Shown: positions 1-15,000, counted from the stretch's first letter. The stretch is 64,000 bases of DNA from Owenia fusiformis (GCA_903813345.2 CAIIXF020000001.1:25482001-25546000); one strand, 5' to 3'. Notes: a model not told the origin generated them from the letters alone. Made by a program: numbers and translations.

Positions 1-3000
1 ACTGTTGTTGTAGCATCAGCTGCAGTTGTGTCAGCCACTGTAGTTGTAGCATCAGCTGCTGTAGTATCTGCCGTAGTTGCGTCAGCCACTGTAGTTGTGT
101 CAGCTACTGTTGTTGTAACATCAGCCGCTGTTGCATCAGCAACTGTTGTTGTAGCATCAGCTGCAGTTGTGTAAGCCACTGTAGTTGTAGCATCAGCTGC
201 TGTAGTATCTGCCGTAGTTGCGTCAGCCACTGTAGTTGTGTCAGCTACTGTTAGTGTAACATCAGCCGTTGTTGCATCAGCAACTGTTGTTGTAGCATCA
301 GCTGCAGTTGTGTCTGCCACTGTAGTTGTAGCATCAGCTGCTGTAGTATCTGCCGTAGTTGCGTCAGCCACTGTAGTTGTGTCAGCAACTGCTGTTGTAA
401 CATCAGCCGTTGTTGCATCAGCAACTGTTGTTGTAGCATCAGCTGCAGTTGTGTCAGCCACTATAGTTGTAGCATCAGCTGCTGTAGTATCTGCCGTAGT
501 TGCGTCAGCCACTGTAGTTGTGTCAGCTACTGTTGTTGTAACATCAGCCGCTGTTGCATCAGCAACTGTTGTTGTAGCATCAGCTGCAGTTGTGTCAGCC
601 ACTGTAGTTGTAGCATCAGCTGCTGTAGTATCTGCCGTAGTTGCGTCAGCCACTGTAGTTGTGTCAGCTACCGTTAGTGTAACATCAGCCGTTGTTGCAT
701 CAGCAACTGTTGTTGTAGCATCAGCTGCAGTTGTGTCAGCCACTGTAGTTGTAACATCAGCCGTTGTTGCATCAGCAACTGTTGTTTTAGCATCAGCTGT
801 AGTTGTGGCAACCACTGTACTTGTAGCATCAGCTACTGTAGTATATGCCGTAGTTGCGTCAGCCACTGTAGTTGTGTCAGTAACTGCTGTTGTAACATCA
901 GCCGTTGTTGCATCAGCAACTGTTGTTGTAACATCAGCCGTTGTTGCATCAGCAACTGTTGTTGTAGCATCAGCTGTAGTTGTGTCAGCCACTGTACTTG
1001 TAGCATCAGCTGCTGTAGTATCCGCCGTAGTTGCGTCAGCCACTGTAGTTGTGTCAGCAACTGCTGTTGTAACATCAGCCGTTGTTGCATCAGCAACTGT
1101 TGTTGTAGCATCAGCTGCAGTTGTGTCAGCCACTGTAGTTGTAGCATCAGCTGCTGTAGTATCTGCCGTAGTTGCGTCAGCCACTGTAGTTGTGTCAGCA
1201 ACTGCTGTTGTAACATCAGCCGTTGTTGCATCAGCAACTGTTGTTGTAGCATCAGCTGCAGTTGTGTCAGCCACTGTAGTTGTAGCATCAGCTGCTGTAG
1301 TATCTGCCGTAGTTGCGTCAGCCACTGTAGTTGTGTCAGCTACTGTTGTTGTAACATCAGCCGTTGTTGCATCAGCAACTGTTGTTGTAGCATCAGCTGC
1401 AGTTGTGTCAGCCACTGAAGTTGTAGCATCAGCTGCTGTAGTATCTGCCGTAGTTGCGTCAGCCACTGTAGTTGTGTCAGCAACTGCTGTTGTAACATCA
1501 GCCGTTGTTGCATCAGCAACTGTTGTTGTAGCATCAGCTGCAGTTGTGTCAGCCACTGTAGTTGTAGCATCAGCTGCTGTAGTATCTGCCGTAGTTGCGT
1601 CAGCCACTGTAGTTGTGTCAGCAACTGCTGTTGTAACATCAGCCGTTGTTGCATCAGCAACTGTTGTAGCATCAGCTGCAGTTGTGTCAGCCACTGTAGT
1701 TGTAGCATCAGCTGCTGTAGTATCTGCCGTAGTTGCGTCAGCCACTGTAGTTGTGTCAGCAACTGCTGTTGTAACATCAGCCGTTGTTGCATCAGCAACT
1801 GTTGTTGTAGCATCAGCTGCAGTTGTGTCAGCCACTGTAGTTGTAGCATCAGCTGCTGTAGTATCTGCCGTAGTTGCGTCAGCCACTGTAGTTGTGTCAG
1901 CAACTGCTGTTGTAACATCAGCCGTTGTTGCATCAGCAACTGTTGTTGTAGCATCAGCTGCAGTTGTGTCAGCCACTGTAGTTGTAGCATCAGCTGCTGT
2001 AGTATCTGCCGTAGTTGCGTCAGCCACTGTAGTTGTGTCAGCAACTGCTGTTGTAACATCAGCCGTTGTTGCATCAGCAACTGTTGTTGTAGCATCAGCT
2101 GCAGTTGTGTCAGCCACTGTAGTTGTGTCAGCTACTGTTGTTGTAACATCAGCCGTTGTTGCATCAGCAACTGTTGTTGTAGCATCAGCTGCAGTTGTGT
2201 CAGCCACTGTAGTTGTGTCAGCTACTGTTGTTGTAACATCAGCTGTTGTTGCATCAGCAACTGTTGTTGTAGCATCAGCTGCAGTTGTGTCAGCCACTGT
2301 AGTTGTAGCATCAGCTGCTGTAGTATCTGCCGTAGTTGCGTCAGCCACTGTAGTTGTGTCAGCTACTGTTGTTGTAACGCCAGCCGTTGTTGCACCTGCA
2401 ACTGTTGTTGTAGCATCAGCTGTAGTTGTGTCAGCCACTGTACTTGTAGCATCAGCTGCTGTAGTATCTGCCGTAGTTGCGTCAGCCACTGTAGTTGTGT
2501 CAGCAACTGCTGTTGTAACATCAGCCGTTGTTGCATCAGCAACTGTTGTTGTAACATCAGCCGTTGTTGCATCAGCAACTGTTGTTGTAGCATCAGCTGT
2601 AGTTGTGTCAGCCACTGTACTTGTAGCATCAGCTGCTGTAGTATCTGCCGTAGTTGCGTCAGCCACTGTAGTTGTGTCAGCAACTGCTGTTGTAACATCA
2701 GCCGTTGTTGCATCAGCAACTGTTGTAGCATCAGCTGCAGTTGTGTCAGCCACTGTAGTTGTAGCATCAGCTGCTGTAGTATCTGCCGTAGTTGCGTCAG
2801 CCACTGTAGTTGTGTCAGCTACTGTTGTTGTAATATCAGCCGTTGTTGCATCAGCAACTGTTGTTGTAGCATCAGCTGTAGTTGTGTCAGCCACTGTACT
2901 TGTAGCATCAGCTGCTGTAGTATCTGCCATAGTTGCGTCAGCCACTGTAGTTGTGTCAGCAACTGCTGTTGTAACATCAGCCGTTGTTGCATCAGCAACT

Positions 3001-6000
3001 GTTGTTCTAGCATCAGCTGCAGTTGTGTCAGCCACTGTAGTTGTAGCTTCAGCTGCTGTAGTATCTGCCGTAGTTGCGTCAGCCACTGTAGTTGTGTCAG
3101 CTACTGTTGTTGTAACATCAGTCGTTGTTGCATCAGCAACTGTTGTTGTAGCATCAGCTGCAGTTGTGTCAGCCACTGTAGTTGTAGCATCAGCTGCTGT
3201 AGTATCTGCCGTAGTTGCGTCAGCCACTGTAGTTGTGTCAGCAACTGCTGTTGTAACATCAGCCGTTGTTGCATGAGCAACTGTTGTTGTAGCATCAGCT
3301 GCAGTTGTGTCAGCCACTGTAGTTGTAGCATCAGCTGCTGTAGTATCTGCCGTAGTTGCGTCAGCCACTGTAGTTGTGTCAGCAACTGCTGTTGTAACAT
3401 CAGCCGTTGTTGCATCAGCAGCTGTTGTTGTAGCATCAGCTGTAGTTGTGTCAGCCACTGTAGTTGTAGCATCAGCTGCTGTAGTATCTGCCGTAGTTGC
3501 GTCAGCCACTGTAGTTGTGTCAGCTACTGTTGTTGTAACATCAGCCGTTGTTGCATCAGCAACTGTTGTTTTAGCATCAGCTGTAGTTGTGTCAGCCACT
3601 GTACTAGTAGCATCAGCTGCTGTAGTATCTGCCGTAGTTGCGTCAGCCACTGTAGTTGTGTCAGTAACTGCTGTTGTAACATCAGCCGTTGTTGCATCAG
3701 CAACTGTTGTTGTAACATCAGCCGTTGTTGCATCAGCAACTGTTGTTGTAGCATCAGCTGTAGTTGTGTCAGCCACTGTACTTGTAGCATCAGCTGCTGT
3801 AGTATCTGCCGTAGTTGCGTCAGCCACTGTAGTTGTGTCAGCAACTGCTGTTGTAACATCAGCTGTTGTTGCATCAGCAACTGTTGTTGTAGCATCAGCT
3901 GCAGTTGTGTCAGCCACTGTAGTTGTAGCATCAGCTGCTGTAGTATCTGCCGTAGTTGCGTCAGCCACTGTAGTTGTGTCAGCAACTGCTGTTGTAACAT
4001 CAGCCGTTGTTGCATCAGCAACTGTTGTTGTAGCATCAGCTGCAGATGTGTCAGCCACTGTAGTTGTAGCATCAGCTGCTGTAGTATCTGCCGTAGTTGC
4101 GTCAGCCACTGTAGTTGTGTCAGCTACTGTTGTTGTAACATCAGCCGTTGTTGCATCAGCAACTGTTGTTGTAGCATCAGCTGCAGTTGTGTCAGCCACT
4201 GAAGTTGTAGCATCAGCTGCTGTAGTATCTGCCGTAGTTGCATCAGCCACTGTAGTTGTGTCAGCAACTGCTGTTGTAACATCAGCCGTTGTTGCATCAG
4301 CAACTGTTGTTGTAGCATCAGCTGCAGTTGTGTCAGCCACTGTAGTTGTAGCATCAGCTACTGTAGTATCTGCCGTAGTTGCGTCAGCCACTGTAGTTGT
4401 GTCAGCAACTGCTGTTGTAACATCAGTCGTTGTTGCATCAGCAACTGTTGTAGCATCAGCTGCAGTTGTGTCAGCCACTGTAGTTGTAGCATCAGCTGCT
4501 GTAGTATCTGCCGTAGTTGCGTCAGCCACTGTAGTTGTGTCAGCAACTGCTGTTGTAACATCAGCCGTTGTTGCATCAGCAACTGTTGTTGAAGCATCAG
4601 CTGCAGTTGTGTCAGCCACTGTAGTTGTAGCATCAGCTGCTGTAGTATCTGCCGTAGTTGCGTCAGCCACTGTAGTTGTGTCAGCTACTGTTGTTGTAAC
4701 GTCAGCCGTTGTTGCACCTGCAACTGTTGTTGTAGCATCAGCTGTAGTTGTGTCAGCCACTGTACTTGTAGCATCAGCTGCTGTAGTATCTGCCGTAGTT
4801 GCGTCAGCCACTGTAGTTGTGTCAGCAACTGCTGTTGTAACATCAGCCGTTGATGCATCAGCAACTGTTGTTGTAGCATCAGCTGCAGTTGTGTCAGCCA
4901 CTGTAGTTGTAGCATCAGCTGCTGTAGTATCTGCCGTAGTTGGGTCAGCCACTGTAGTTGTGTCAGCTACTGTTGTTGTAACATCAGTCGTTGTTGCATC
5001 AGCAACTGTTGTTGTAGCATCAGCTGCAGTTGTGTCAGCCACTGTTGTTGTAGCATCAGCTGCTGTAGTATCTGCCGTAGTTGCGTCAGCCACTGTAGTT
5101 GTGTCAGCAACTGCTGTTGTAACATCAGCCGTTGTTGCATCAGCAACTGTTGTTGTAGCATCAGCTGCAGTTGTGTCAGCCACTGTAGTTGTAGCATCAG
5201 CTGCTGTAGTATCTGCCGTTGTTGCGTCAGCCACTGTAGTTGTGTCAGCAACTGCTGTTGTAACATCAGCCGTTGTTGCATCAGCAACTGTTGTTGTAGC
5301 ATCAGCTGCAGTTGTGTCAGCCACTGTAGTTGTAGCATCAGCTGCTGTAGTATCTGCCGTAGTTGCGTCAGCCACTGTAGTTGTGTCAGCAACTGCTGTT
5401 GTAACATCAGCCGTTGTTGCATCAGCAACTGTTGTTGTAGCATCAGCTGCAGTTGTGTCAGCCACTGTAGTTGTAGCATCAGCTGCTGTAGTATCTGCCG
5501 TAGTTGCGTCAGCCACTGTAGTTGTGTCAGCAACTGCTGTTGTAACATCAGCCGTTGTTGCATCAGCAACTGTTGTTGTAGCATCAGCTGCAGTTGTGTC
5601 AGCCAATGTAGTTGTAGCATCAGCTGCTGTAGTATCTGCCGTAGTTGCGTCAGCCACTGTAGATGTGTCAGCTACTGTTGTTGTAACATCAGCCGTTGTT
5701 GCATCAGCAACTGTTGTTGTAGCATCAGCTGCAGTTGCGTCAGTCACTGTAGTTGTGTCAGCAACTGCTGTTGTAACATCAGCCGTTGTTGCATCAGCAA
5801 CTGTTGTTGTAGCATCAGCTGCAATTGTGTCAGCCACTGTAGTTGTAGCATCAGCTGCTGTAGTATCTGCCGTAGTTGCGTCAGCCACTGTAGTTGTGTC
5901 AGCTACTGTTGTTGTAACATCAGCCGTTGTTGCATCAGCAACTGTTGTTGTAGCATCAGCTGCAGTTGTGTCAGCCACTGAAGTTGTAGCATCAGCTGCT

Positions 6001-9000
6001 GTAGTATCTGCCGTAGTTGCGTCAGTCACTGTAGTTGTGTCAGCAACTGCTGTTGTAACATCAGCCGTTGTTGCATCAGCAACTGTTGTTGTAACATCAG
6101 CTGCAGTTGTGTCAGCCACTGTAGTTGTAGCATCAGCTGCTGTAGTATCTGCCGTAGTTGCGTCAGCCACTGTAGTTGTGTCAGCAACTGCTGTTGTAAC
6201 ATCAGCCGTTGTTGCATCAGCAACTGTTGTTGTAGCATCAGCTGCAGTTGTGTCAGCCACTGTAGTTGTAGCATCAGCTGCTGTAGTATCTGCCGTAGTT
6301 GCGTCAGCCACTGTAGTTGTGTCAGCTACTGTTGTTGTAACGTCAGCCGTTGTTGCACCTGCAACTGTTGTTGTAGCATCAGCTGTAGTTGTGTCAGCCA
6401 CTGTACTTGTAGCATCAGCTGCTGTAGTATCTGCCGTAGTTGCGTCAGCCACTGTAGTTGTGTCAGCAACTGCTGTTGTAACATCAGCCGTTGTTGCATC
6501 AGCAACTGTTGTTGTAGCATCAGCTGCACTTGTGTCAGCCACTGTAGTTGTAGCATCAGCTGCTGTAGTATCTGCCGTAGTTGGGTCAGCCACTGTAGTT
6601 GTGTCAGCTACTGTTGTTGTAACATCAGTCGTTGTTGCATCAGCAACTGTTGTTGTAGCATCAGCTGCAGTTGTGTCAGCCACTGTAGTTGTAGCATCAG
6701 CTGCTGTAGTATCTGCCGTAGTTGCGTCAGCCACTGTAGTTGTGTCAGCAACTGCTGTTGTAACATCAGCCGTTGTTGCATCAGCAACTGTTGTTGTAGC
6801 ATCAGCTGCAGTTGTGTCAGCCACTGTAGTTGTAGCATCAGCTGCTGTAGTATCTGCCGTAGTTGCGTCAGCCACTGTAGTTGTGTCAGCAACTGCTGTT
6901 GTAACATCAGCCGTTGTTGCATCAGCAACTGTTGTTGTAGCATCAGCTGCAGTTGTGTCAGCCACTGTAGTTGTAGCATCAGCTGCTGTAGTATCTGCCG
7001 TAGTTGCGTCAGCAACTGTAGTTGTGTCAGCAACTGCTGTTGTAACATCAGCCGTTGTTGCATCAGCAACTGTTGTTGTAGCATCAGCTGCAGTTGTGTC
7101 AGCCACTGAAGTTGTAGCATCAGCTGCTGTAGTATCTGCCGTAGTTGCGTCAGCCACTGTAGTTGTGTCAGCAACTGCTGTTGTAACATCAGCCGTTGTT
7201 GCATCAGCAACTGTTGTTGTAGCATTAGCTGCAGTTGTGTCAGCCACTGTAGTTGTAGCATCAGCTGCTGTAGTATCTGCCGTAGTTGCGTCAGCCACTG
7301 TAGTTGTGTCAGCAACTGCTGTTGTAACATCAGCCGTTGTTGCATCAGCAACTGTTGTAGCATCAGCTGCAGTTGTGTCAGCCACTGTAGTTGTAGCATC
7401 AGCTGCTGTAGTATCTGCCGTAGTTGCGTCAGCCACTGTAGTTGTGTCAGCAACTGCTGTTGTAACATCAGCCGTTGTTGCATCAGCAACTGTTGTTGTA
7501 GCATTAGCTGCAGTTGTGTCAGCCACTGTAGTTGTAGCATCAGCTGCTGTAGTATCTGCCGTAGTTGCGTCAGCCACTGTAGTTGTGTCAGCTACTGTTG
7601 TTGTAACGTCAGCCGTTGTTGCACCTGCAACTGTTGTTGTAGCATCAGCTGTAGTTGTGTCAGCCACTGTACTTGTAGCATCAGCTGCTGTAGTATCTGC
7701 CGTAGTTGCGTCAGCCACTGTAGTTGTGTCAGCAACTGCTGTTGTAACATCAGCCGTTGTTGCATCAGCAACTGTTGTTGTAGCATCAGCTGCAGTTGTG
7801 TCAGCCACTGTAGTTGTAGCATCAGCTGCTGTAGTATCTGCCGTAGTTGCGTCAGCCACTGTAGTTTTGTCAGCAACTGTTGTTGTAACATCAGCCGTTG
7901 TTGCACCTGCAACTGTTGTTGTAGCATCAGCTGTAGTTGTGTCAGCCACTGTACTTGTAGCATCAGCTGCTGTAGTATCTGCCGTAGTTGCGTCAGCCAC
8001 TGTAGTTGTGTCAGCAACTGCTGTTGTAACATCAGCCGTTGTTGCATCAGCAACTGTTGTTGTAGCATCAGCTGCAGTTGTGTCAGCCACTGTAGTTGTA
8101 GCATCAGCTGCTGTAGTATCTGCCGTAGTTGCGTCAGCCACTGTAGTTGTGTCAGCTACTGTTGTTGTAACATCAGCCGCTGTTGCATCAGCAACTGTTG
8201 TTGTAGCATCAGCTGCAGTTGTGTCAGCCACTGTAGTTGTAGCATCAGCTGCTGTAGTATCTGCCGTAGTTGCGTCAGCCACTGTAGTTGTGTCAGCTAC
8301 TGTTGTTGTAACGTAAGCCGTTGTTGCACCTGCAACTGTTGTTGTAGCATCAGCTGTAGTTGTGTCAGCCACTGTACTTGTAGCATCAGCTGCTGTAGTA
8401 TCTGCCGTAGTTGCGTCAGCCACTGTAGTTGTGTCAGCAACTGCTGTTGTAACATCAGCCGTTGTTGCATCAGCAACTGTTGTTGTAGCATCAGCTGCAG
8501 TTGTGTCAGCCACTGTAGTTGTAGCATCAGCTGCTGTAGTATCTGCCGTAGTTGCGTCAGCCACTGTAGTTGTGTCAGCTACTGTTGTTGTAACATCAGC
8601 CGCTGTTGCATCAGCAACTGTTGTTGTAGCATCAGCTGCAGTTGTGTCAGCCACTGTAGTTGTAGCATCAGCTGCTGTAGTATCTGCCGTAGTTGCGTCA
8701 GCCACTGTAGTTGTGTCAGCTACCGTTAGTGTAACATCAGCCGTTGTTGCATCAGCAACTGTTGTTGTAGCATCAGCTGCAGTTGTGTCAGCCACTGTAG
8801 TTGTAACATCAGCCGTTGTTGCATCAGCAACTGTTGTTTTAGCATCAGCTGTAGTTGTGGCAGCCACTGTACTTGTAGCATCAGCTACTGTAGTATCTGC
8901 CGTAGTTGCGTCAGCCACTGTAGTTGTGTCAGTAACTGCTGTTGTAACATCAGCCGTTGTTGCATCAGCAACTGTTGTTGTAACATCAGCCGTTGTTGCA

Positions 9001-12000
9001 TCAGCAACTGTTGTTGTAGCATCAGCTGTAGTTGTGTCAGCCACTGTACTTGTAGCATCAGCTGCTGTAGTATCCGCCGTAGTTGCGTCAGCCACTGTAG
9101 TTGTGTCAGCAACTGCTGTTATAACATCAGCCGTTGTTGCATCAGCAACTGTTGTTGTAGCATCAGCTGCAGTTGTGTCAGCCACTGTAGTTGTAGCATC
9201 AGCTGCTGTTGTATCTGCCGTAGTTGCGTCAGCCACTGTAGTTGTGTCAGCAACTGCTGTTGTAACATCAGCCGTTGTTGCATCAGCAACTGTTGTTGTA
9301 GCATCAGCTGCAGTTGTGTCAGCCACTGTAGTTGTAGCATCAGCTGCTGTAGTATCTGCCGTAGTTGCGTCAGCCACTGTAGTTGTGTCAGCAACTGCTG
9401 TTGTAATATCAGCCGTTGTTGCATCAGCAACTGTTGTTGTAGCATCAGCTGCAGTTGTGTCAGCCACTGTAGTTGTAGCATCAGCTGCTGTAGTATCTGC
9501 CGTAGTTGCATCAGCCACTGTAGTTGTGTCAGCTACTGTTGTTGTAATATCAGCCGTTGTTGCATCAGCAACTGTTGTTGTAGCATCAGCTGTAGTTGTG
9601 TCAGCCACTGTACTTGTAGCATCAGCTGCTGTAGTATCTGCCGTAGTTGCGTCAGCCACTGTAGTTGTGTCAGCAACTGCTGTTGTAACATCAGACGTTG
9701 TTGCATCAGCAACTGTTGTTGTAGCATCAGCTGCAGTTGTGTCAGCCACTGTAGTTGTAGCATCAGCTGCTGTAGTATCTGCCGTAGTTGCGTCAGCCAC
9801 TGTAGTTGTGTCAGCTACTGTTGTTGTAACATCAACCGTTGTAACATCAGCAACTGTTGTTGTAGCATCAGCTGTAGTTGTGTCAGCCACTGTATTTGTA
9901 GCATCAGCTGCTGTAGTATCTGCCGTAGTTGCATCAGCCACTGTAGTTGTGTCAGCAACTGCTGTTGTAACATCAGCCGTTGTTGCATCAGCAACTGTTG
10001 TTGTAGCATCAGCTGCAGTTGTGTCAGCCACTGTAGTTGTAGCATCAGCTGCTGTAGTATCTTCGGTAGTTGCGTCAGCCACTGTAGTTGTGTCAGCTAC
10101 TGTTGTTGTAACATCAGCCGTTGTTGCATCAGCAACTGTTGTTGTAGCATCAGCTGCAGTTGTGTCAGCCACTGAAGTTGTAGCATCAGCTGCTGTAGTA
10201 TCTGCCGTAGTTGCGTCAGCCACTGTAGTTGTGTCAGCAACTGCTGTTGTAACATCAGCCGTTGTTGCATCAGCAACTGTTGTTGTAGCATCAGCTGCAG
10301 TTGTGTCAGCCACTGTAGTTGTAGCATCAGCTGCTGTAGTATCTGCCGTAGTTGCGTCAGCCACTGTAGTTGTGTCAGCAACTGCTGTTGTAACATCAGC
10401 CGTTGTTGCATCAGCAACTGTTGTAGCATCAGCTGCAGTTGTGTCAGCCACTGTAGTTGTAGCATCAGCTGCTGTAGTATCTGCCGTAGTTGCGTCAGCC
10501 ACTGTAGTTGTGTCAGCAACTGCTGTTGTAACATCAGCCGTTGTTGCATCAGCAACTGTTGTTGTAGCATCAGCTGCAGTTGTGTCAGCCACTGTAGTTG
10601 TAGCATCAGCTGCTGTAGTATCTGCAGTAGTTGCGTCAGCCACTGTAGTTGTGTCAGCTACTGTTGTTGTAACATCAGCCGTTGTTGCATCAGCAACTGT
10701 TGTTGTAGCATCAGCTGTAGTTGTGTCAGTCACTGTACTTGTAGCATCAGCTGCAGTTGTGTCAGCCACTGTAGTTGTAGCATCAGCTGCTGTAGTATCT
10801 GCCGTAGTTGCGTCAGCCACTGTAGTTGTGTCAGCTACTGTTGTTGTAACATCAGCCGTTGTTGCATCAGCAACTGTTGTTGTAGCATCAGCTGCAGTTG
10901 TGTCAGCCACTGTAGTTGTGTCAGCTACTGTTGTTGTAACATCAGCCGTTGTTGCATCAGCAACTGTTGTTGTAGCATCAGCTGCAGTTGTGTCAGCCAC
11001 TGTAGTTGTAGCATCAGCTGCTGTAGTATCTGCCGTAGTTGCGTCAGCCACTGTAGTTGTGTCAGCTACTGTTGTTGTAACGTCAGCCGTTGTTGCACCT
11101 GCAACTGTTGTTGTAGCATCAGCTGTAGTTGTGTCAGCCACTGTACTTGTAGCATCAGCTGCTGTAGTATCTGCCGTAGTTGCGTCAGCCACTGTAGTTG
11201 TGTCAGCAACTGCTGTTGTAACATCAGCCGTTGTTGCATCAGCAACTGTTGTTATAGCATCAGCTGCAGTTGTGTCAACCACTGTAGTTGTAGCATCAGC
11301 TGCTGTAGTATCTGCCGTAGTTGGGTCAGCCACTGTAGTTGTGTCAGCTACTGCTGTTGTAACATCAGCCGTTGTTGCATCAGCAACTGTTGTTGTAGCA
11401 TCAGCTGCAGTTGTGTCAGCCACTGTAGTTGTAGCATCAGCTGCTGTAGTATCTGCCGTAGTTGCGTCAGCCACTGTAGTTGTGTCAGCAACTGCTGTTG
11501 TAACATCAGCCGTTGTTGCATCAGCAACTGTTGTTGTAGCATCAGCTGCAGTTGTGTCAGCCACTGTAGTTGTAGCATCAGCTGCTGTAGTATCTGCCGT
11601 AGTTGCGTCAGCCACTGTAGTTGTGTCAGCTACTGTTGTTGTAACATCAGCCGTTGTTGCATCAGCAACTGTTGTTTTAGCATCAGCTGTAGTTGTGTCA
11701 GCCACTGTACTTGTAGCATCAGCTGCTGTAGTATCTGCCGTAGTTGCGTCAGCCACTGTAGTTGTGTCAGTAACTGCTGTTGTAACATCAGCCGTTGTTG
11801 CATCAGCAACTGTTGTTGTAACACCAGCCGTTGTTGCATCAGCAACTGTTGTTGTGGCATCAGCTGTAGTTGTGTCAGCCACTGTACTTGTAGCATCAGC
11901 TGCTGTAGTATCTGCCGTAGTTGCGTCAGCCACTGTAGTTGTGTCAGCAACTGCTGTTGTAACATCAGCCGTTGTTGCATCAGCAACTGTTGTTGTAGCA

Positions 12001-15000
12001 TCAGCTGCAGTTGTGTCAACCACTGTAGTTGTAGCATCAGCTGCTGTAGTATCTGCCGTAGTTGGGTCAGCCACTGTAGTTGTGTCAGCTACTGCTGTTG
12101 TAACATCAGCCGTTGTTGCATCAGCAACTGTTGTTGTAGCATCAGCTGCAGTTGTGTCAGCCACTGTAGTTGTAGCATCAGCTGCTGTAGTATCTGCCGT
12201 AGTTGCGTCAGCCACTGTAGTTGTGTCAGCAACTGCTGTTGTAACATCAGCCGTTGTTGCATCAGCAACTGTTGTTGTAGCATCAGCTGCAGTTGTGTCA
12301 GCCACTGTAGTTGTAGCATCAGCTGCTGTAGTATCTGCCGTAGTTGCGTCAGCCACTGTAGTTGTGCCAGCTACTGTTGTTGTAACATCAGCCGTTGTTG
12401 CATCAGCAACTGTTGTTTTAGCATCAGCTGTAGTTGTGTCAGCCACTGTATTTGTAGCATCAGCTGCTGTAGTATCTGCCGTAGTTGCGTCAGCCACTGT
12501 AGTTGTGTCAGTAACTGCTGTTGTAACATCAGCCGTTGTTGCATCAGCAACTGTTGTTGTAACATCAGCCGTTGTTGCATCAGCAACTGTTGTGTAGCAT
12601 CAGCTGTAGTTGTGTCAGCCACTGTACTTGTAGCATCAGCTGCTGTAGTATCTGCCGTAGTTGCGTCAGCCACTGTAGTTGTGTCAGCTACTGTTGTTGT
12701 AATATCAGCCGTTGTTGCATCAGCAACTGTTGTTGTAGCATCAGCTGCAGTTGTGTCAGCCACTGTAGTTGTAGCATCAGCTGCTGTAGTATCTGCCGTA
12801 GTTGCGTCAGCCACTGTAGTTGTGTCAGCTACTGTTGTTGTAATATCAGCCGTTGTTGCATCAGCAACTGTTGTTGTAGCATCAGCTGCAGTTGTGTCAG
12901 CCACTGTAGTTGTAGCATTCAGCTGCTGTAGTATCTGCCGTAGTTGCGTCAGCCACTGTAGTTGTGTCAGCTAACTGCTTGTTGTAACATCAGCCGTTGT
13001 TGCATCAGCAACTGTTGTTGTAGCATCAGCTGCAGTTGTGTCAGCCACTGTAGTTGTAGCATCAGCTGCTGTAGTATCTGCCGTAGTTGCGTCAGCCACT
13101 GTAGTTGTGTCAGCTACTGCTGTTGTAACATCAGCCGTTGTTGCATCAGCAACTGTTGTTGTAGCATCAGCTGCAGTTGTGTCAGCCACTGAAGTTGTAG
13201 CATCAGCTGCTGTAGTATCTGCCGTAGTTGCGTCAGCCACTGTAGTTGTGTCAGCAACTGCTGTTGTAACATCAGCCGTTGTTGCATCAGCAACTGTTGT
13301 TGTAGCATTAGCTGCAGTTGTGTCAGCCACTGTAGTTGTAGCATCAGCTGCTGTAGTATCTGCCGTAGTTGCGTCAGCCACTGTAGTTGTGTCAGCAACT
13401 GCTGTTGTAACATCAGCCGTTGTTGCATCAGCAACTGTTGTAGCATCAGCTGCAGTTGTGTCAGCCACTGTAGTTGTAGCATCAGCTGCTGTAGTATCTG
13501 CCGTAGTTGCGTCAGCCACTGTAGTTGTGTCAGCAACTGCTGTTGTAACATCAGCCGTTGTTGCATCAGCAACTGTTGTTGTAGCATTAGCTGCAGTTGT
13601 GTCAGCCACTGTAGTTGTAGCATCAGCTGCTGTAGTATCTGCCGTAGTTGCGTCAGCCACTGTAGTTGTGTCAGCTACTGTTGTTGTAACGTCAGCCGTT
13701 GTTGCACCTGCAACTGTTGTTGTAGCATCAGCTGTAGTTGTGTCAGCCACTGTACTTGTAGCATCAGCTGCTGTAGTATCTGCCGTAGTTGCGTCAGCCA
13801 CTGTAGTTGTGTCAGCAACTGCTGTTGTAACATCAGCCGTTGTTGCATCAGCAACTGTTGTTGTAGCATCAGCTGCAGTTGTGTCAGCCACTGTAGTTGT
13901 AGCATCAGCTGCTGTAGTATCTGCCGTAGTTGCGTCAGCCACTGTAGTTTTGTCAGCAACTGTTGTTGTAACATCAGCCGTTGTTGCACCTGCAACTGTT
14001 GTTGTAGCATCAGCTGTAGTTGTGTCAGCCACTGTACTTGTAGCATCAGCTGCTGTAGTATCTGCCGTAGTTGCGTCAGCCACTGTAGTTGTGTCAGCAA
14101 CTGCTGTTGTAACATCAGCCGTTGTTGCATCAGCAACTGTTGTTGTAGCATCAGCTGCAGTTGTGTCAGCCACTGTAGTTGTAGCATCAGCTGCTGTAGT
14201 ATCTGCCGTAGTTGCGTCAGCCACTGTAGTTGTGTCAGCTACTGTTGTTGTAACATCAGCCGCTGTTGCATCAGCAACTGTTGTTGTAGCATCAGCTGCA
14301 GTTGTGTCAGCCACTGTAGTTGTAGCATCAGCTGCTGTAGTATCTGCCGTAGTTGCGTCAGCCACTGTAGTTGTGTCAGCTACTGTTGTTGTAACGTAAG
14401 CCGTTGTTGCACCTGCAACTGTTGTTGTAGCATCAGCTGTAGTTGTGTCAGCCACTGTACTTGTAGCATCAGCTGCTGTAGTATCTGCCGTAGTTGCGTC
14501 AGCCACTGTAGTTGTGTCAGCAACTGCTGTTGTAACATCAGCCGTTGTTGCATCAGCAACTGTTGTTGTAGCATCAGCTGCAGTTGTGTCAGCCACTGTA
14601 GTTGTAGCATCAGCTGCTGTAGTATCTGCCGTAGTTGCGTCAGCCACTGTAGTTGTGTCAGCTACTGTTGTTGTAACATCAGCCGCTGTTGCATCAGCAA
14701 CTGTTGTTGTAGCATCAGCTGCAGTTGTGTCAGCCACTGTAGTTGTAGCATCAGCTGCTGTAGTATCTGCCGTAGTTGCGTCAGCCACTGTAGTTGTGTC
14801 AGCTACCGTTAGTGTAACATCAGCCGTTGTTGCATCAGCAACTGTTGTTGTAGCATCAGCTGCAGTTGTGTCAGCCACTGTAGTTGTAACATCAGCCGTT
14901 GTTGCATCAGCAACTGTTGTTTTAGCATCAGCTGTAGTTGTGGCAGCCACTGTACTTGTAGCATCAGCTACTGTAGTATCTGCCGTAGTTGCGTCAGCCA

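Noticed and set aside
12371-12974. Programmed frameshifting or a pseudogene call at the indel cluster
   Set aside because: The inserted bases are unions of alternative unit variants at a duplication seam, so an assembly consensus error is the simpler explanation.
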